DNA of 64,000 nucleotides from Malacoraja senta (GCA_038087875.1 CM075988.1:16432001-16496000); one strand, 5' to 3'; positions 23,220 through 37,465 are shown, counted from the stretch's first letter. Translations and numbers: made by a program. Notes: generated by a model from the letters alone, not told the origin.

Positions 23220-26200
23220 GTAAAAGCCATTGTTCCTCTCAGATTATAGATTGATTGCTGTAAAAATGTGCACATAAATCGCGACCACTGCTAAAATAGA
23301 CCACCAACGTGCTCTGATCAATGTGAGTTCAGACTCTAAATTCTTCTTGTGTGAGTACAAAAGCTTAAAAACACTTTTCATCAGGTTTAGGAACGGCCTC
23401 TTCCCCGAAACGACCTGTCATATGCTAAGGTCGTAGTCTCGATCTCCCAACCTACCTCATGTACTATTCTGCTTCTGAGTGTTTAGTTTAGAGACATAGG
23501 CCCTTCAGCCCTCCGAGACCACACTGACCAGTGATCCCTGTACACTAGCACTATCCTACACACTCGGGACAATTTTATAATTTTAGCTTAGCCATTTAAC
23601 CTACAAACTTGTACGTTTTTGGAATGTGTGAGGAAACCGGACCATTCTAGCGAAAAGCCACGTGGACATGGGGACAACGTGCAAACTCCATACAGACAGT
23701 ACCCGTAGTCAGGATCAAACCCGGGTCTCTGGCACCGTAAGGCAGCAACTCTACCACTACGCCACTGTGCCTCCCGAGTGTTTTTGGAGGTTTGGGTTAT
23801 GTTAGTTTGTAGGTCTGAATTACGTATGCTTGTTCTTGATTCAGAGGGCCGTGAATTTCTGCAGAGAGTCAAATACTACAATCTAAACTGGTGCCCCATG
23901 TGCAGCTCTGGGGGAATCCTGTTTTGTCTTCCAGCTGAGGTGTTGTTTGCTTTCTGAAAGGAGCAGCGGCAGTCCTTGGACGAGGAGTTCATATGTTGGT
24001 GTTTGTATGAGCTGCTTGTCATCCTTCCTCCATCACAATAGGAATATGAAAGTTTGTGCTTGGATCTGTGGTGCTGTGTGGGGAGAAGTGAAATGGTCCC
24101 TCAATCAGAAGATAGAGAGATACAGCGTAGAAAAAGGACCTTCGGATCACTGAATCTGTATCAACTATCGACCACCCATTTACATATCCTCCATTGATCC
24201 TATCATTTTTATTAGCAGATCAAACAGCACAGTAGTTTAGTTTAGAGATACAGCGCGGTAGCAGGCCCTTTGGCCCAGCGAGTCCACACCCGCACATTAA
24301 CATCACCCTACACACACGAGGGACAATTTTACATTTACACCAAGCCAATTAACCTGCAAACCTCTACGTCTTTGGTGTGTGGGAGGAAACCGAAGATCTC
24401 GGAGAAAACCCACCCAGGTCACAGGGAGAATGTACAAACTCCGTACAGACAAGCACCCGTAGTCAGGATCGAACCTAGGTCTCTGGCGCTGTAAGGCAGT
24501 TGCTCTACCGCTACGCCACCGTGCCGCCACTACAGTAGCACAGGAACAGGTCCTTTGCCTCACCATGTTTGCACCAATCATGATGCAAACTCAACAGAGA
24601 CAACACCTGAGATGAGGATTGAATCGGGTCTTTGGTTTGGGTTTCGGTTTATTCTGGCCACGTGTACCCGAGGAACGGTGAAAAGCTTTGCTTTGCATGT
24701 CATTCCATCATATAAAGGGGAAGATACAGAGTGCAGAATATCATTCTCTGCATTGCAGCGCACCAGTTCTATGGACAAAGTCCAATGCCTGCAAGGGGGT
24801 AGAGGTGAATCGGACAGTACCTTAGTTTATGGAAGGACCATTCAGAAGCCTGATTGCAGAGGGGAAGAAGACCAGATTGCAGTCTGGTGGTGTGGACTGT
24901 AAGATACTGGATCTGCTCACAACATTGTACCACGGACTTCAGAGTAAAACTGAATGCTCCTCTGGGCTGCCGTGCTGCTATACGCACGATTCCAATACTG
25001 AGAGAGTGCTAAAACGTTTCACCAGTTCTCTTGTACGTTGATGTTAAAGGTTGGAGTTTGAATTGTCCAAACATTTAGTCTGGGAATTTCTTATCGACTT
25101 ATTTCCTCGCAGACAGAATTGTAAATGACTCTTAAGAGTTTGGGATTGACAAATGTCATGATTTGTGAACGCACGGTGGACATTCTGTTCCTGACTCACA
25201 CATTAGCTGCTGCTGTGATGTGCGAACAGCACTGTACAATTGAATATATTATTGATATACAAAAGGTGCAAGATCTAAGATGAAAAATATCCTGCAGATT
25301 CCTTGTTTATTCAGACACTGAGTGGAAAGAGGCATGTTGTATTGTCACACAATTTAATTCTCCAGTGTATTCATTCACAGATTGCGGGCAGTTACTGGGC
25401 AGCATAATGTGGCCAAGGAATCATGTTCGGGGAGACTAAATAAGCGCAGCAGATTGCCTTCCCTGAAGCAAATCTGATTTTTATGACATTGTAATAAGTT
25501 CACAGCCACCATTATTGATGCTAGCTTTTTAATCACAGATTTTCTTAATTCATTGAATTAAAAACTCCCTACATGCGCAGTGGTGCAATTTGAACTCCGA
25601 ACCTTAATCCAATAACATAGCCTCCTGTGTACCATAGCCATCCGAGCAATATGCCGCGATTTAGTTTAAAATCCGCACAATTGGCAAAACCTTGAATGCT
25701 TCTGAGTGGAATTGAAGTGAATAGAAGAGAGGAGGAAAAAGAGTGCATTGAAATTAATTAAAAATGACTTGCATCAAAACAAAATTCACCTCGCTGCGCA
25801 AGCAATCCACCCATCCTCTTCATCTCTGCACCTGCTCCAGTATTTGAAGCCCTGACTAGAGAGATTAAGGCATTGTCGATCCTCTGCAAATAAAATACAG
25901 GGACGTGGAAGCCATCTTGATATTCAGATAACACGATCTCCAACGATGACAGTAAAATAACCAGAGCAAATGAGTAGGACCCCGGTGTGGAGTGTCGGCT
26001 TGTTGCTTGACTGATGCTATTTCCAGCCAGCGTTGACATATTTATAATTCCTTAAACCCTGCTGTAGCTTCCACCATCTGTGCATCTCCAGCAGAAAAAA
26101 AAGTGACCTTCCTGTGCCAAGGGAAAGCAGCGGAGTCGAAGGAAAAGGAAGGCAAAATTTGCTGGCTCATAAGGAATGTTGCCATGTCAGAACTTGACAG

Positions 26201-29200
26201 CTGATTAGATATTCTGACTATCGGTTCCAAGAAAGAGTGAACTCCTTCCACAAAGCCAAAAATCAACACCATCGTTGGGCCTTAGAAGACCAAACCCTTT
26301 CTGACTAACTTATCAATTAACTTTTCAGATAATGTTTTGCCACAAAAAGCTTTTGCTTAAAATAAAAATCTCTAAGAGGAGAATGAATTCTTATAGGGAG
26401 GTAAATGGATATTGGTATCAGTAGGATTAAGAAGTCAGTCATAGTCATACTGCACAGAGACAGGCCCTTCGGCCCAATGCATCCATGCCGACCAAGATAC
26501 CCTATCTAAACTAAACCCATTTTTGCCACATTTGGCCCATATCCCTCCAGACCTTTCCAAGTGTCGTTTAAATGCTGTTGTGGTGCCTATGAAAGTCATT
26601 TTTTTGTTTTGAGGATAGAATTTCTTTTCTTCAAACATATTAATTCATCGGCTTTACTATTTTGGGAAATGCCAGTTTTTATTAGCTTAGATTAGTTTGG
26701 AAATAGAGCATGGAAATAGGTCCTTTGGCCCACCTAGTGCATGCTGACTATGTGGCAACAGCTCTACCAGCTACACCACACCTTGCCCTCCCAATACGGA
26801 AACTGAATATGTCAGATTATATAATGTGTTCCTATTATTGCAGCAAAGATGAAACCAAAGAGTTAGGTTTGTATTGGCCGTTTGTATATTCCTAATTTTC
26901 ATTGCTCCACCATTATTGGCTGCAACTTCACCTGCCAAGTCCTAAACTCTGTAATTCTCTCTAAATCTCTTTGATTCTATCCTTTCCTTTAAAGATCCCC
27001 CACTATTTCCTCCAGGTGAACTTTGATCTGCCTTCCTGCTGACCTGAATGGTTTGCATCCATTCTTGTGATACAGATTGGGATGTTTTAGAGTATTAATA
27101 TAAACATTATTGTGGAATATTGCAAACCTTCTTGGCATCTTCTGAGGCAATTTGTTCTAAATTTCCAAAATGTTAGGTTTAATTCTTCTTGCAAAAGCCT
27201 CTGGCTAAATATCATGTGGCAAGTATTATCCCTTTTTTTTTAGCTCTTCATTTGCCAAATGCTTAATTGATCCAAATCTTTTAACACATCTTTTGCTACA
27301 TCCCCTGATTCTAAACTGCTCTTAATTTGGTGTGCCACCATCATTAACCGAATGTGGCATTCTCCACTGCATGAAGCGTACGAGAATGGCATCATGTTGC
27401 AACTTTATACCTACCTGTTGGCAGCTCTGGTCGCAAGACAAAGGAGATTCACATGGAGGTGGCTGAATTGGAGCATAGCAGTTATAGGGAGAGAATGGAT
27501 TTATCCCTGGAGCAAAAAGTGACTGAAGATGACCTGATTGAGGTAATGAAGGGAATGAATTGGGTGGATAGTCACAACCATTTTTGCGTGGCGCGAGTGA
27601 TTAAAACATGAGTGGCAAAGCTACAAGCTGAGATTTAGGAGGTTTAGAGGGGATCTGAGCGTGGGTTTTTGTTTCGTACAGAGGGTTACTTTAGACTTTA
27701 CTTTAGGTGGCGCTGACCATGGCTGCCTCACCAATGGTCTGTCTCATCTTTTTCCTTCTTTGTTGTTTTTGGTTTGTTGTAAAATGTATGTTTTAGAGTA
27801 CTTTTAGTTTTGTTTTGTGTGGGGGTGGGGGAATTAAACAAAAAAAATTTGTTTAGGGCAACTTTTTTCCGTGTCGTATCTCCGTCCGTAGTCACGATCA
27901 AACCCGGGTCTCTGGCGCCGTGAGGCAGCAACTCTACCGTTGCGCTACCGTGCTGCCCACTAACATTTCAATTAGAGGGAGAGTATGGAAAGGCTAGGGT
28001 CGAAAGAGACTGTAGGTGACCTGATAGAGGTGTAGAAAGAAATGAGGGAATGAATCAGGTGGATAGGAAGAACCATTTTTGAATGGTGGGAGTGATTAAA
28101 ACATGAGTGGCATAGCTACAAGCTGAGAGGTAGGAGGTTTAGAGGGGATCTGAGTATAGATGTGACTTTAGACTGAGCATAGGCTTTAGAGATACAGCAT
28201 GGTAAATTTGAGAATTCCTCTTAATTCTCCTTCTGCCTCTTTTAGTTGATCCTATTCCTTGCTCATCTGCTTTCCTTTTAAATGCATCAATGCCATTCAC
28301 TTCAACTGTTCATACTGCACAGAAACAGGACTTTGTCCCCGTCCGTCCTCCCCCCCCCCCCCGCCCACTCCACCCCCCAGACCATGGTAGTTATCTATAC
28401 TACCTATCCATTTACCTGCATTTGGTGGCTGGTGATTCAAGTGCCTGTCTAGATGCTTCTTAAATGTTGTGAGAGTAATTGCCTCCATGTCCACAAGCAG
28501 TGCATCTTAGAATCCAAGCACTTGCTTGCAAGGGAAGCTTAGAGGCGCAGCGGTGGAGTTGCTGCCTTTACAGTGCAAGAGCTGGGGTTCGATCCTGACT
28601 GTACAGAGTTTGTACGCTCTCCCTGTGTCCGCATGGGTTTTCTCCGGGTGCTCTGGTTTCCACCCACATTCCAAAGACATGCAGGTTTGTAGGTTAATTG
28701 GCTTCTATAAATTGTCCCTAGAGTGTAGGATAGTGCTAGTGTAGGGGGTGATCACTAGGCAATGCGGACTCGGTGGGCTGACGGGCCTGTTTTTTCATGC
28801 TGTATTTCTAAAACTAAAACTAAAGCTGAATACAACCACTTCTCTCACTGCGCTCTGTCCCTGGACTCCAGATAGAGTCTAATGGTCTTGCTTGTTCTTG
28901 CTTGGATCACCCTCCATTGTAGTGGGTCAGACCTGGCATCGGTTTGGTAGCCCTCATTCATTCAGAAGGCATGGACTAAGTTTAAAAAAAAATTGTTTAA
29001 TGTTTTTGATAAATCTAAATATATTTATATATTCTCCGTTCAATTGTAATCGTCAGAGGCACTTAAACCATTAAAACGCCTTGCTAGTTTGATACGGACT
29101 CCCAGCCTTGCCTTCTGCCAAAGACCAGCTGGGCCTTTTTGTGTGTAGTAGCTCTGCTCCATGCTGCCTGAGGTCTGATTGCCCGACTCGAGTGTGTGTG

Positions 29201-30014
29201 GAAACTCAGTCAGATCGCTCGTCCGTGTCCAGACAAGATGAATATTGATATGGGGAGGAGTGCAGGCAGTGGAGTAGATGATCCAACCTATTGTATTTAC
29301 TCTTCCATTACCACATTCGGTAGCTATGAGAACATTGTCATGTCAACAAGAATATAGAGAAGTAATATCTATGTCTATGTTTAAAAGATTTGAGATAACT
29401 ACTGCTGTAGACAAATATCGGTTTTAACGCAAATGTCACCACACATCCCATAACATAGCTGAGCGTATCTCATTCCGAAATATCCCAGTGACTATGATGC
29501 AGACTAAACCTTTCCATTGGATGAGGTAGGCTGGAGACCCCACTATTTCACCAATCAGTACCATACGAATAAACTGTAATTGATTTGACAAAGCTGAATC
29601 TTGAATGTTATTTCTGCTGCACCAGTTTGCTGAGAAGGGAGAGAATTACATTTATTCACTCTAACCACCACAAAAGAAAAGTCCAAGAATTGCAACACAT
29701 TACGTCATAGCAGAAATTCCTCCATTCAAGATTATTGGTTATGAATTTGAGTTGCAACTTCTTTTGAAAGAAATGTTCTTTGGTCTAAATGTATAAAATC
29801 AAAATCAAAGCATGTTCTAGATTTATCTTATCTTGTAAATAACTTTAAAAAACAAGAGGAATGAAAAGCACTTCACCACTGCAAGAAGCACCCTTATCGG
29901 TTTTAAGATGTGGGTAACAGACAGGGCATCAAACTGATTCTTGGTTAAGAGAGTGGTCACTATATCAGCATAATTTACAATGACCACTTATACAGACTCT
30001 TCTTTTTTCTTTAG

Positions 30015-30073
30015 GAAGGACGGAGGCTCTCGATGAAGCCGTGTTAATCGCTCGAAGGGCAACACAGCAAGAG
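30015..30073 (+). CDS. Candidate internal exon of the plus-strand small gene (reading frame ambiguous)
   Basis: Strong acceptor CTCTTCTTTTTTCTTTAG and donor GAG|GTAGGT; 59 nt of non-repetitive, GC-richer sequence. Confidence 0.55.
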
Positions 30074-30679
30074 GTAGGTTTCCAATTTCCACCTGGCAAC
30101 CATTCAGAATTTGAACTGCAACCATCTGCCTGAGCTTCTGAGGGCCGTCTCCAAATGTCCACACGACTGTTCAGAGAGCCACGGGATCTGGAGAGCGCGA
30201 TTACCAACTCAAACCCTTTGGAAGACTGGTGCCCTCAAATATTTATTTTTTAAAAGTCACCGCTTTTATATAACACCTTGCATGTCCCCTTCAGAACAGA
30301 CAAAAAGTATTTCAAACCTAATGAAGTACTTTTAAAATGAGTCAAAGTGGAAGATGCAGCAGCCATTTGTGCCTTGCCAGCTCCAACAAACAGAGATGTG
30401 ATAATGGATAATCTGCTTCAGTAGGATTGATAGGGGGGCACACAGAGCTCTCTGATTTTGGTTCAAATGGGAAGCCTTTAGTTTAACATCTAATCTTGGA
30501 AACAGGGCAAGCCTCGCTGGCTGGACTGATCGGAACAGCTACTGAAACTTAAGTCAGTCTCAGGCTTGGGGACAGACCCGAACTGGTTGTTTGCTGCACT
30601 GGAGCTTCCGTCTAGAGCTTCGTAGTTTAGTTTAGAGATATAGAGTTTAGCCTCTGTATTCAATCGCTGGATACCACCA

Positions 30680-30895
30680 TACCCCTCCCACCTATCACCC
30701 TCCTTCCCCCACCCCCACTGTTCTCCCACCCCTTCCTCCCTCCCATCCCCCCTCCCTCCCCTACCCCTCCCCCCCAGGCCCCTACCATCTATCTCCATCC
30801 CTTCCCCAATCACCCCCCCCATCCCCACTAAGTTCTCTCCCTCCTCCCTCCCCTACCCCTTCCTCCATCCCATCCCCCTCCTCCTTCCCCCCTCA
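30680..30895. repeat. C-rich polypyrimidine low-complexity tract
   Basis: Many runs of CCC and longer; G-quadruplex/triplex-prone composition. Confidence 0.8.
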
Positions 30896-31063
30896 ATCCA
30901 TCAACATAAATCAAATAACACCCACTGAGTCCAATTATAAACCAAGATCACACCCATGCAAGGATGTACAATTACCAGTAGATAACCTGACATCTACCAT
31001 GTTCAGTTGCCTTAAAACCAAAAAATGGTTGAGAATGGAGAAAGTATGAACAGTAACCCTGCA

Positions 31064-31582
31064 GTTGACACTAAAGTGGGTGGTATCGTGGATAGCGAAG
31101 ATGGTTGTCAAAAGTTACAGCAGGCTCTTGATCAGTTGGGCAAGTGGGCTGGTGAATGGTGATGGAGTTTAATGCAGATAAGTGCGAGCGAGGTGTTGCA
31201 ATCTGGGAAGTCAAACTGGAGCAGGACCTATACAGTGAATGGCAGGGCCCTGGGCAGTGTTGTAGAGTAGAGGGTTCTAGGAGAGCAAGTGCTTCTTTTC
31301 TTGAGAGTGGTCGGGGAATCAAGAACCAGAGGACATAATAGGAACCTGAGGGGCAACTTTTTCACGCAGATGGTGATGGATATATGGAACTGCTGCCAGA
31401 GGAGGTAGTTGAGGCAGGTACTATAGCAACATTTAAAAGACATTTGGAGAGGTATGTGGATAGGAAAGGTGTGGAGAGATATGGGCCAAATGCAGGCAGA
31501 TTGATTTAGTGTAGATGGGGCATCTTGGTCGCCATGGGCAAATTGGGCCGAACTGCCTCGTTCCGTGCCCTATGACTATGAC
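31064..31582 (+). mobile_element. CR1 LINE fragment with internal deletion
   Basis: DTKVGG...LDQLGKWA...MEFNADKCE joined to the 3' end; (CTATGA) tail. Confidence 0.85.
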
Positions 31583-32858
31583 TCAAACTAAAATCAGCGT
31601 TACTGTCATTTCTACTGAAAGTTAAGAAATGTTCATAATCTGTTTATAATATTGAGCAGTCTTGGGCTGTATAACTTATTGCCTTAATATATGAATGTGA
31701 TCTAGGTTACCTGGACTAATTCTAATCTGTAACAGCTGGTGTAGGCTCTATAACTGGCCAACTGTCTCTTTATTTGAGAAGGAAAAACAAGAGTGAAGCA
31801 TTGGTAGATTCTATATGATGGGTTAAAATGTAAAAAGTACCAGTAGAGGGAGTACTCAGTCAATCAAACCAAGAGTAGGAAGAATTTCCAAAATGTTTCC
31901 CCATGATTGGTCAGAGATGGTGCAAGGCTCACCTGAGCCAAAGTGAGCTGTGCTGCCCTTTGTGTGTGAGTTCAGGTGTGGTCTTGGACAGATGCAAGAG
32001 CATCACCAGAGCAACATTGTTTATGTGTTTGAGACTTGATAAAATAAACCAGTTCAATATGTGGTGTCGGAAGAAGGAACCTTTAAAAAGTTCAAAATGC
32101 TTCCCGCCTCCAACCTTCCTCTTCCTCCTGGTCTTTTATCCTCGACGTGGCATCAACTACCTTGACTTCTCCATGTGCCTCACCCATTCCAATCTCACCC
32201 CACACCCCCCAATCACACAGGTCTCTGCTCTCTCCCCACACCAATGCCGTCCTTGCCATCAAACCCGCGGACAAGGTTGGTGCTGTTTGGTGTTAGTTCT
32301 AATTTTAGATATGCAGGGAGGAAACAGGCCCTTCGGCCCACCAAGTCCTCACCGACCAGCGATCCCCGCACATTAACACTATCCTACACACATTAGGGAC
32401 AATTTACACTAATACCAAGCCAATTAACCTACAAACCTGTACGTCTTTGGAGTGTGGGACTCCTCTCCCTCACCTCTTTATAATGGCATCACGGAATCTT
32501 CGTCAGTACCTAGAGCAGTGTTAATGGCAACTCTGGACGAACTGCAGAAACAAAGGCAGGAGTTTTAACGTTAGGCCCAATTAAAATCACGGGCCAGTTT
32601 GTTGTGAAAAGCGAGACTGGTACTAAAAGTTAGACCGATGCAAATGACGAAGCCATCTCCATCCATGTGGCTCTTCTACATACATGCTCAGACATTAAAT
32701 CTTGTGCATCCAATCATTTAGATTGAATTTTCTCATCTTTAAACTTCGCACAAACTTATCTCGTAGCATCTCGCAGGAGGAAGACATGGATATCACAAGT
32801 TGTGACAAATCCATCACTGTCACTGTATGATCTTAAGTTTCTGCTTGTGAATTTGTAA

Positions 32859-33166
32859 AGGGCCTGTCCCACTGTACGAGGTAATTCAAAAGCTCTCCCG
32901 AGTTTAAAAAAAAAAGAAACTTGTGGTAAGTACGTAGAATATACATAGCGGCTACGTCGGAGCTCGTGGATGTCTCGTAGCGGCTCGTAATGCTAACGGC
33001 AGGTACTCGGGAAACGCCGTAACTTGTGAAGTTTTTTCAGCACTGTGAAAAATGTCCACGAGAGCCCCGAGTACCTACGAACGGCTATTACCCGTAATTC
33101 TCCGAGTTTGAATCGGGGGAAACTCAGGAGAACTCTTGAATTACCTCGTACAGTGGGACAGGCCCA
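32859..33166. mobile_element. Harbinger-type MITE
   Basis: TAA TSD; TIR GGGCCTGTCCCACTGTACGAGGTAATTCAA. Confidence 0.9.
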
Positions 33167-35689
33167 TAACTTTCTACAATCTATGAAGGAGCTGGGTTAA
33201 AGTTATTCTACAATCTCTCTGTCTTCTCATCAGACAAACATGTTCCATCTTGCTTAGAGTCAGGAGATCTCTCCAGGTAGCACATCCTTACTACCCTACT
33301 CTAACGTTACTGAGCCTACCCTTTCCAATATGATTACTTGCATGGCTTCATTTTGAGAGAGCCCTCAACTTCAATGACATTGTTCTTTCTGAAAAACACC
33401 TCCACCCAATTTTCTGCAAGAACTGAATTGATCCTGCACTTTATCAAAAACCTCAACTGTGGCATTGGATCCATGCGGCCAACATGCATTGTTCTCGTTT
33501 TATCAACTGCAAGACCAGTGGCGCAGCGGGTCGAGCTGCTGCCTCACATGCCAATGACCCGGGTTCGATCCTGTCCTCGAGTGCTGTCTGTGTGGAGTTT
33601 GCACGTTCTCCCCATGGGTTTCCTCTAAGTGCTTGGGTTATCTCCCACATCCCAAAGACGTTTGGGGTATGTAGGTTAATTGGCCTTCATGAATTGCCCC
33701 TAGTATGTAAGGAGTGGATGAGAAAGTGGGATAACATAGAACTAGTGTGAATAGGTGGACTTGGCGGGCTGAAAGGGCCTGTTTCTATGCTGCATCTTTA
33801 AACTAAACTAAACTAAACCTAACTCAACAATCTTATACCTGAGCCTGTAATTCTGGGCTGGGTTATTTTTGGTTGTCTAAGCTTGAGTACCATCACTTCC
33901 AACCTTCACGGTGAAGTTACTGTGACTCATCAAGCCACCACCTTTGGGCAGCTTCAATTTTTTTCCAACGGTGCAACATACAAACTCTTGTGAGATTGTG
34001 TTTCGGAGTGTGAAAATGTAGCATGTTAAAGTTGGCAACATGGGTCCAATGCCAACGTTCTTAGACTTTATGATAAAGTAATGTGTTTAGTGTGAAAACG
34101 CACACCTCCAGATTCAGGGACAGCTTCTTCTCAGCTGTTAAGAACAAGCAACTGATTCATTCTACCACAACTAGAGAGCAGTACTGAACTACTATCTGAA
34201 GGTCCTGACCTAAAATGTTACTTATTTCTTCTATCCAGAGATACTGCCTGTCCCGCTGAATTACTCCAGCATTTTGTGTCTATCTTTGGTGTAAACCAGT
34301 ATCTGCAGTTCCTTCCTGCACATACTATCTATCTCTTTGGTGACGCTCGGACTATCCTTGATCGGACTTTGCTGGCTTTACCTTGCACTAAACACTATTC
34401 CCTTACCATGTGTAAATGGCTCAATTGTAATCATGTGTTGTCTTTCTGCTGGCTGGTTAGCACACAACAAAAGCTTTTCACTGTACCTCGGGTACAAGTG
34501 ACAATAAACTAAACTCAAACTAATGTGCTCAGAAATATATGAACAAGCTTAAAAGTGGTGTCTCATTTGTTTCCAGGCTGCACACAGTGATGGCAACAGT
34601 GATATGGTGTGTATTTACATATAAAATGTATTTTTGATTGATGGCATGCATTGTTGCTCTGGTGATGTACCGAGTACCTGTACCTTCTTTGACCTGGGTG
34701 CTGTTGGAGCTGGAATCACCCAGGCCAGTGCAGAATATTCGATCCAGGTCCTGACTCGAGACCTGAAGATGGTGGAAAGCCTTGGGGGGGCATCTAGAGG
34801 TTAGTCAGTTGCTGTAGGATGCCCAGCCTCTGGCTTGCTTTCATTGTCACAGTAAATATGTGGTTGGTATGGAGGAGATTTGTCCCATGATCATGGTGAG
34901 GGACTCGAGCAATGGCTCAGCTTTAAAAATTCTCCTCCTTACTTTTACATTCTAAACATTCTTTCGGGTAGTACAGTGGCACAGCGGTAGAGCTGCTGCA
35001 TTACAGTGCCAGAGACCTGGGTTCAATCTTGACTGTGGGTTCTGTCTGTATGGAATTTGTGCATTCTCCCTGTGAACGCACGAGTTTCCTCTAGGTGGTC
35101 CAGTATACTCCCACGTTCCAAAGACATGCAGGTTAATTCGGTTCTGTAAATTGTCCCTAGTGTGTAGGATAGAACTAGTCTACAGGTGATCGTTGGTCGG
35201 CACAGGCGTTGTATCTCTTTATCTTGGAAATCACCTCCATTTCTTCCTAGTTGTTCACCATTCAGATTTAAAAATGTGAATCAACTTTGTGATCCTGATA
35301 GAACTTTTGTAGAAAATGACATAATTATGTATGTAATCCTCCCTCAGAGATATGTATTTCTCTAATTTTGATCTTCTATTTATCCCCAAATGTAATCATC
35401 CCCATCACCAGTGCTGAGTCTATCTGCGAGGCAAGCTCCTGCAATTCTTCCTCCTGCATTTGACTGTCCACTTCTTTTCCCTCCCATTATGATGGTCCTT
35501 CAAATATAGTGCCTTAAAATCTACCGACCAAACTTGAAATCATTGCTTGTACAGCTCAATGGTGTTGTTGAAACACCATCCATAAGCACCTTACAAAAGA
35601 AGCAAATATATGATCAGAGGAATGTAAAGGGAATGCAGATAAAATGGAGAGTTGGATTAGCCCGCACAGTCTATGTTTAATCCAGGTAG

Positions 35690-35898
35690 AAAGGAACTGC
35701 ACATGCTGGTTTACACCAAAGACAGACACAAAGTGATGGAGTAACTCAGCAGGTCAGGCAGCATTTCTGGAGAAAAAGCATGGGTGTCGTTTCGGGTCGT
35801 GGCCCTTCTTCAGACCCGACCTGAAACGTCTTCCATCCTTTTTCTCCAGAGATGCTGCTTGACCCGCTGAGTTACTCCATCACTTTGTGTCTATCTTT
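35690..35898. repeat. Penelope-derived palindromic element
   Basis: GACACAAAGTGATGGAGTAACTCAGC...GCTGAGTTACTCCATCACTTTGTGTC; related copies at about 1785, 12025, 43726, 46566, 48180, 54528 and 59772. Confidence 0.8.
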
Positions 35899-37346
35899 TG
35901 TTTAATCTTTTTGGAATTGTCTGAATTGTGCAAACAAACCGAGATCCCATCAATAAAGATAAAGCTGACATTTGACAGTTTCAACCGATTCGTTTAACCC
36001 GGCACCTTGATACAGCACTGCCAGGTCGTAATGTCCTAATCTACACCGACAACAAATAAAAATTAAAATGGACCTTCAAAAAAATCGGAAAGATAATGTT
36101 TTAAAATGAATAATTTATCGTGATTGTCTTGACTATTAGAAGCAAGAAACAGTGTTAGTCTCGGATATTATATCATTTTGATGTGGTGAAGCAATAATAG
36201 ACATCCCAAGGTTTAGTATCCCTGGTTATATATCAATGCAAGATATCTTGACGTTAAATGATAGAATTAGCTCATTACTGTAAAAAAAAATGAGTTTTCA
36301 AAATGCAATTCCACCTCAGGGGCCAATATTACATTTTTTAAATTTTATGGCAAGCAAAGCATTTTGGAAAATGAGCACTAGCTGCGATGAGCAGAAGCAT
36401 GCAGCTCGAGTATAAGGGGAGAATTGTTAGATAGCCATTTATAAGCTGTTGTTCTGAGGACATGCATTTGGCTGACTGCTCCTGAAACTGCCATTGTTAC
36501 AAAAACATATTTATGCTCGTCAACAAAAGGTTCTAGTGAAAATGCCTCAACAGTCCCCATACTCTCAGAACCACTTATTGCACGGTGTATTTTAGAAAGT
36601 TTTCAAACGTGGGTGGCACATTGGGGCAAATGGAAGTGCTGCCGTCTCTCAGCAACAGCGACCCAGGTTCGATCCTGACCTCGGGCGCTGTTTACATATT
36701 CTTGCTGTGACTGTGTGGGTTTCCTTTGATGCTCTGGTTTCCTTCCACACTCCAAACACATGTGGGTCAGCAGATTTATTGGATATCAATGAGACTTTAT
36801 TGTCACATGTACATAGGTACTGCGACATTCTTTTTTTTGATATACAATTCAGTAAATCTTACTCTACCCAGGCAAAATCATACCTTGGCACAAGAGTGGA
36901 AGAATAGTAGATTACGCTGAGGCAGTACTCAAGAGTTGCAACGTTTTTGGTGAATTAACCAAAATTGGTTAATTGTATCTTTCCAAGTTTCAGTTCTTAA
37001 ATATAGATCCAAATTTCAGTTCAGTTTAGTTTATTGTCACGTGTACTGAGGTACAGTGAAAAGCTGATCATTGTAGCTATCCAGTCGGCAGAAAGACAAT
37101 ACATTAATACATTTGATCCATTTATAGTGTATAGATACATGATAAGGGAATAATGTTTAGTGCAAGACGTTTCCGGTCAAGATCCTTCATCAGCCTGACT
37201 TCAGTAAGTTCTGCTTTGATTTCAGATCTCCAGCATCTCCAGTATTTTGCATTCAGATGCATATTGATCATAACACAGTTGAGAGACATGACTGACAAAA
37301 TAATTTTTTTAAACAATTAATTTATATTTTTGCTTTATGTCTGTAG

Positions 37347-37465
37347 GTGTTAAACGTTGGGAAGAAAATATCTTTGCGGAACTCAGCCTGGAGAGTGTAG
37401 CTATGACCATCCAGACACAATACCGGAGATATCAAGAATGCAAAAAGTATGAACAAAATCCATAA
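37347..37465 (+). CDS. Terminal exon encoding a PCP4/PEP-19-like IQ calmodulin-binding motif
   Basis: Acceptor TTTTTGCTTTATGTCTGTAG; phase-1 frame xVKRWEENIFAELSLESVAMTIQTQYRRYQECKKYEQNP*, resembling PCP4 GQKKVQEE...AAVAIQSQFRKFQKKK; AATAAA at 37732. Confidence 0.7.

Noticed and set aside
23961..24004. Possible extra exon EQRQSLDEEFIC after TTTCTGAAAG
   Set aside because: Donor site is ambiguous and it does not resolve the frame to the IQ exon; unsupported without RNA data
30034..30036. In-frame TGA as selenocysteine
   Set aside because: No SECIS element recognisable by eye in the 3' UTR and no selenoprotein-like context
31903..32376. 157-aa ORF
   Set aside because: Runs through Penelope and SINE remnants with no coherent protein signal
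34577..34606. Possible micro-exon AAHSDGNSDM after a good acceptor
   Set aside because: The best donor gives phase 0, which is incompatible with the phase-1 IQ exon; left as unsupported
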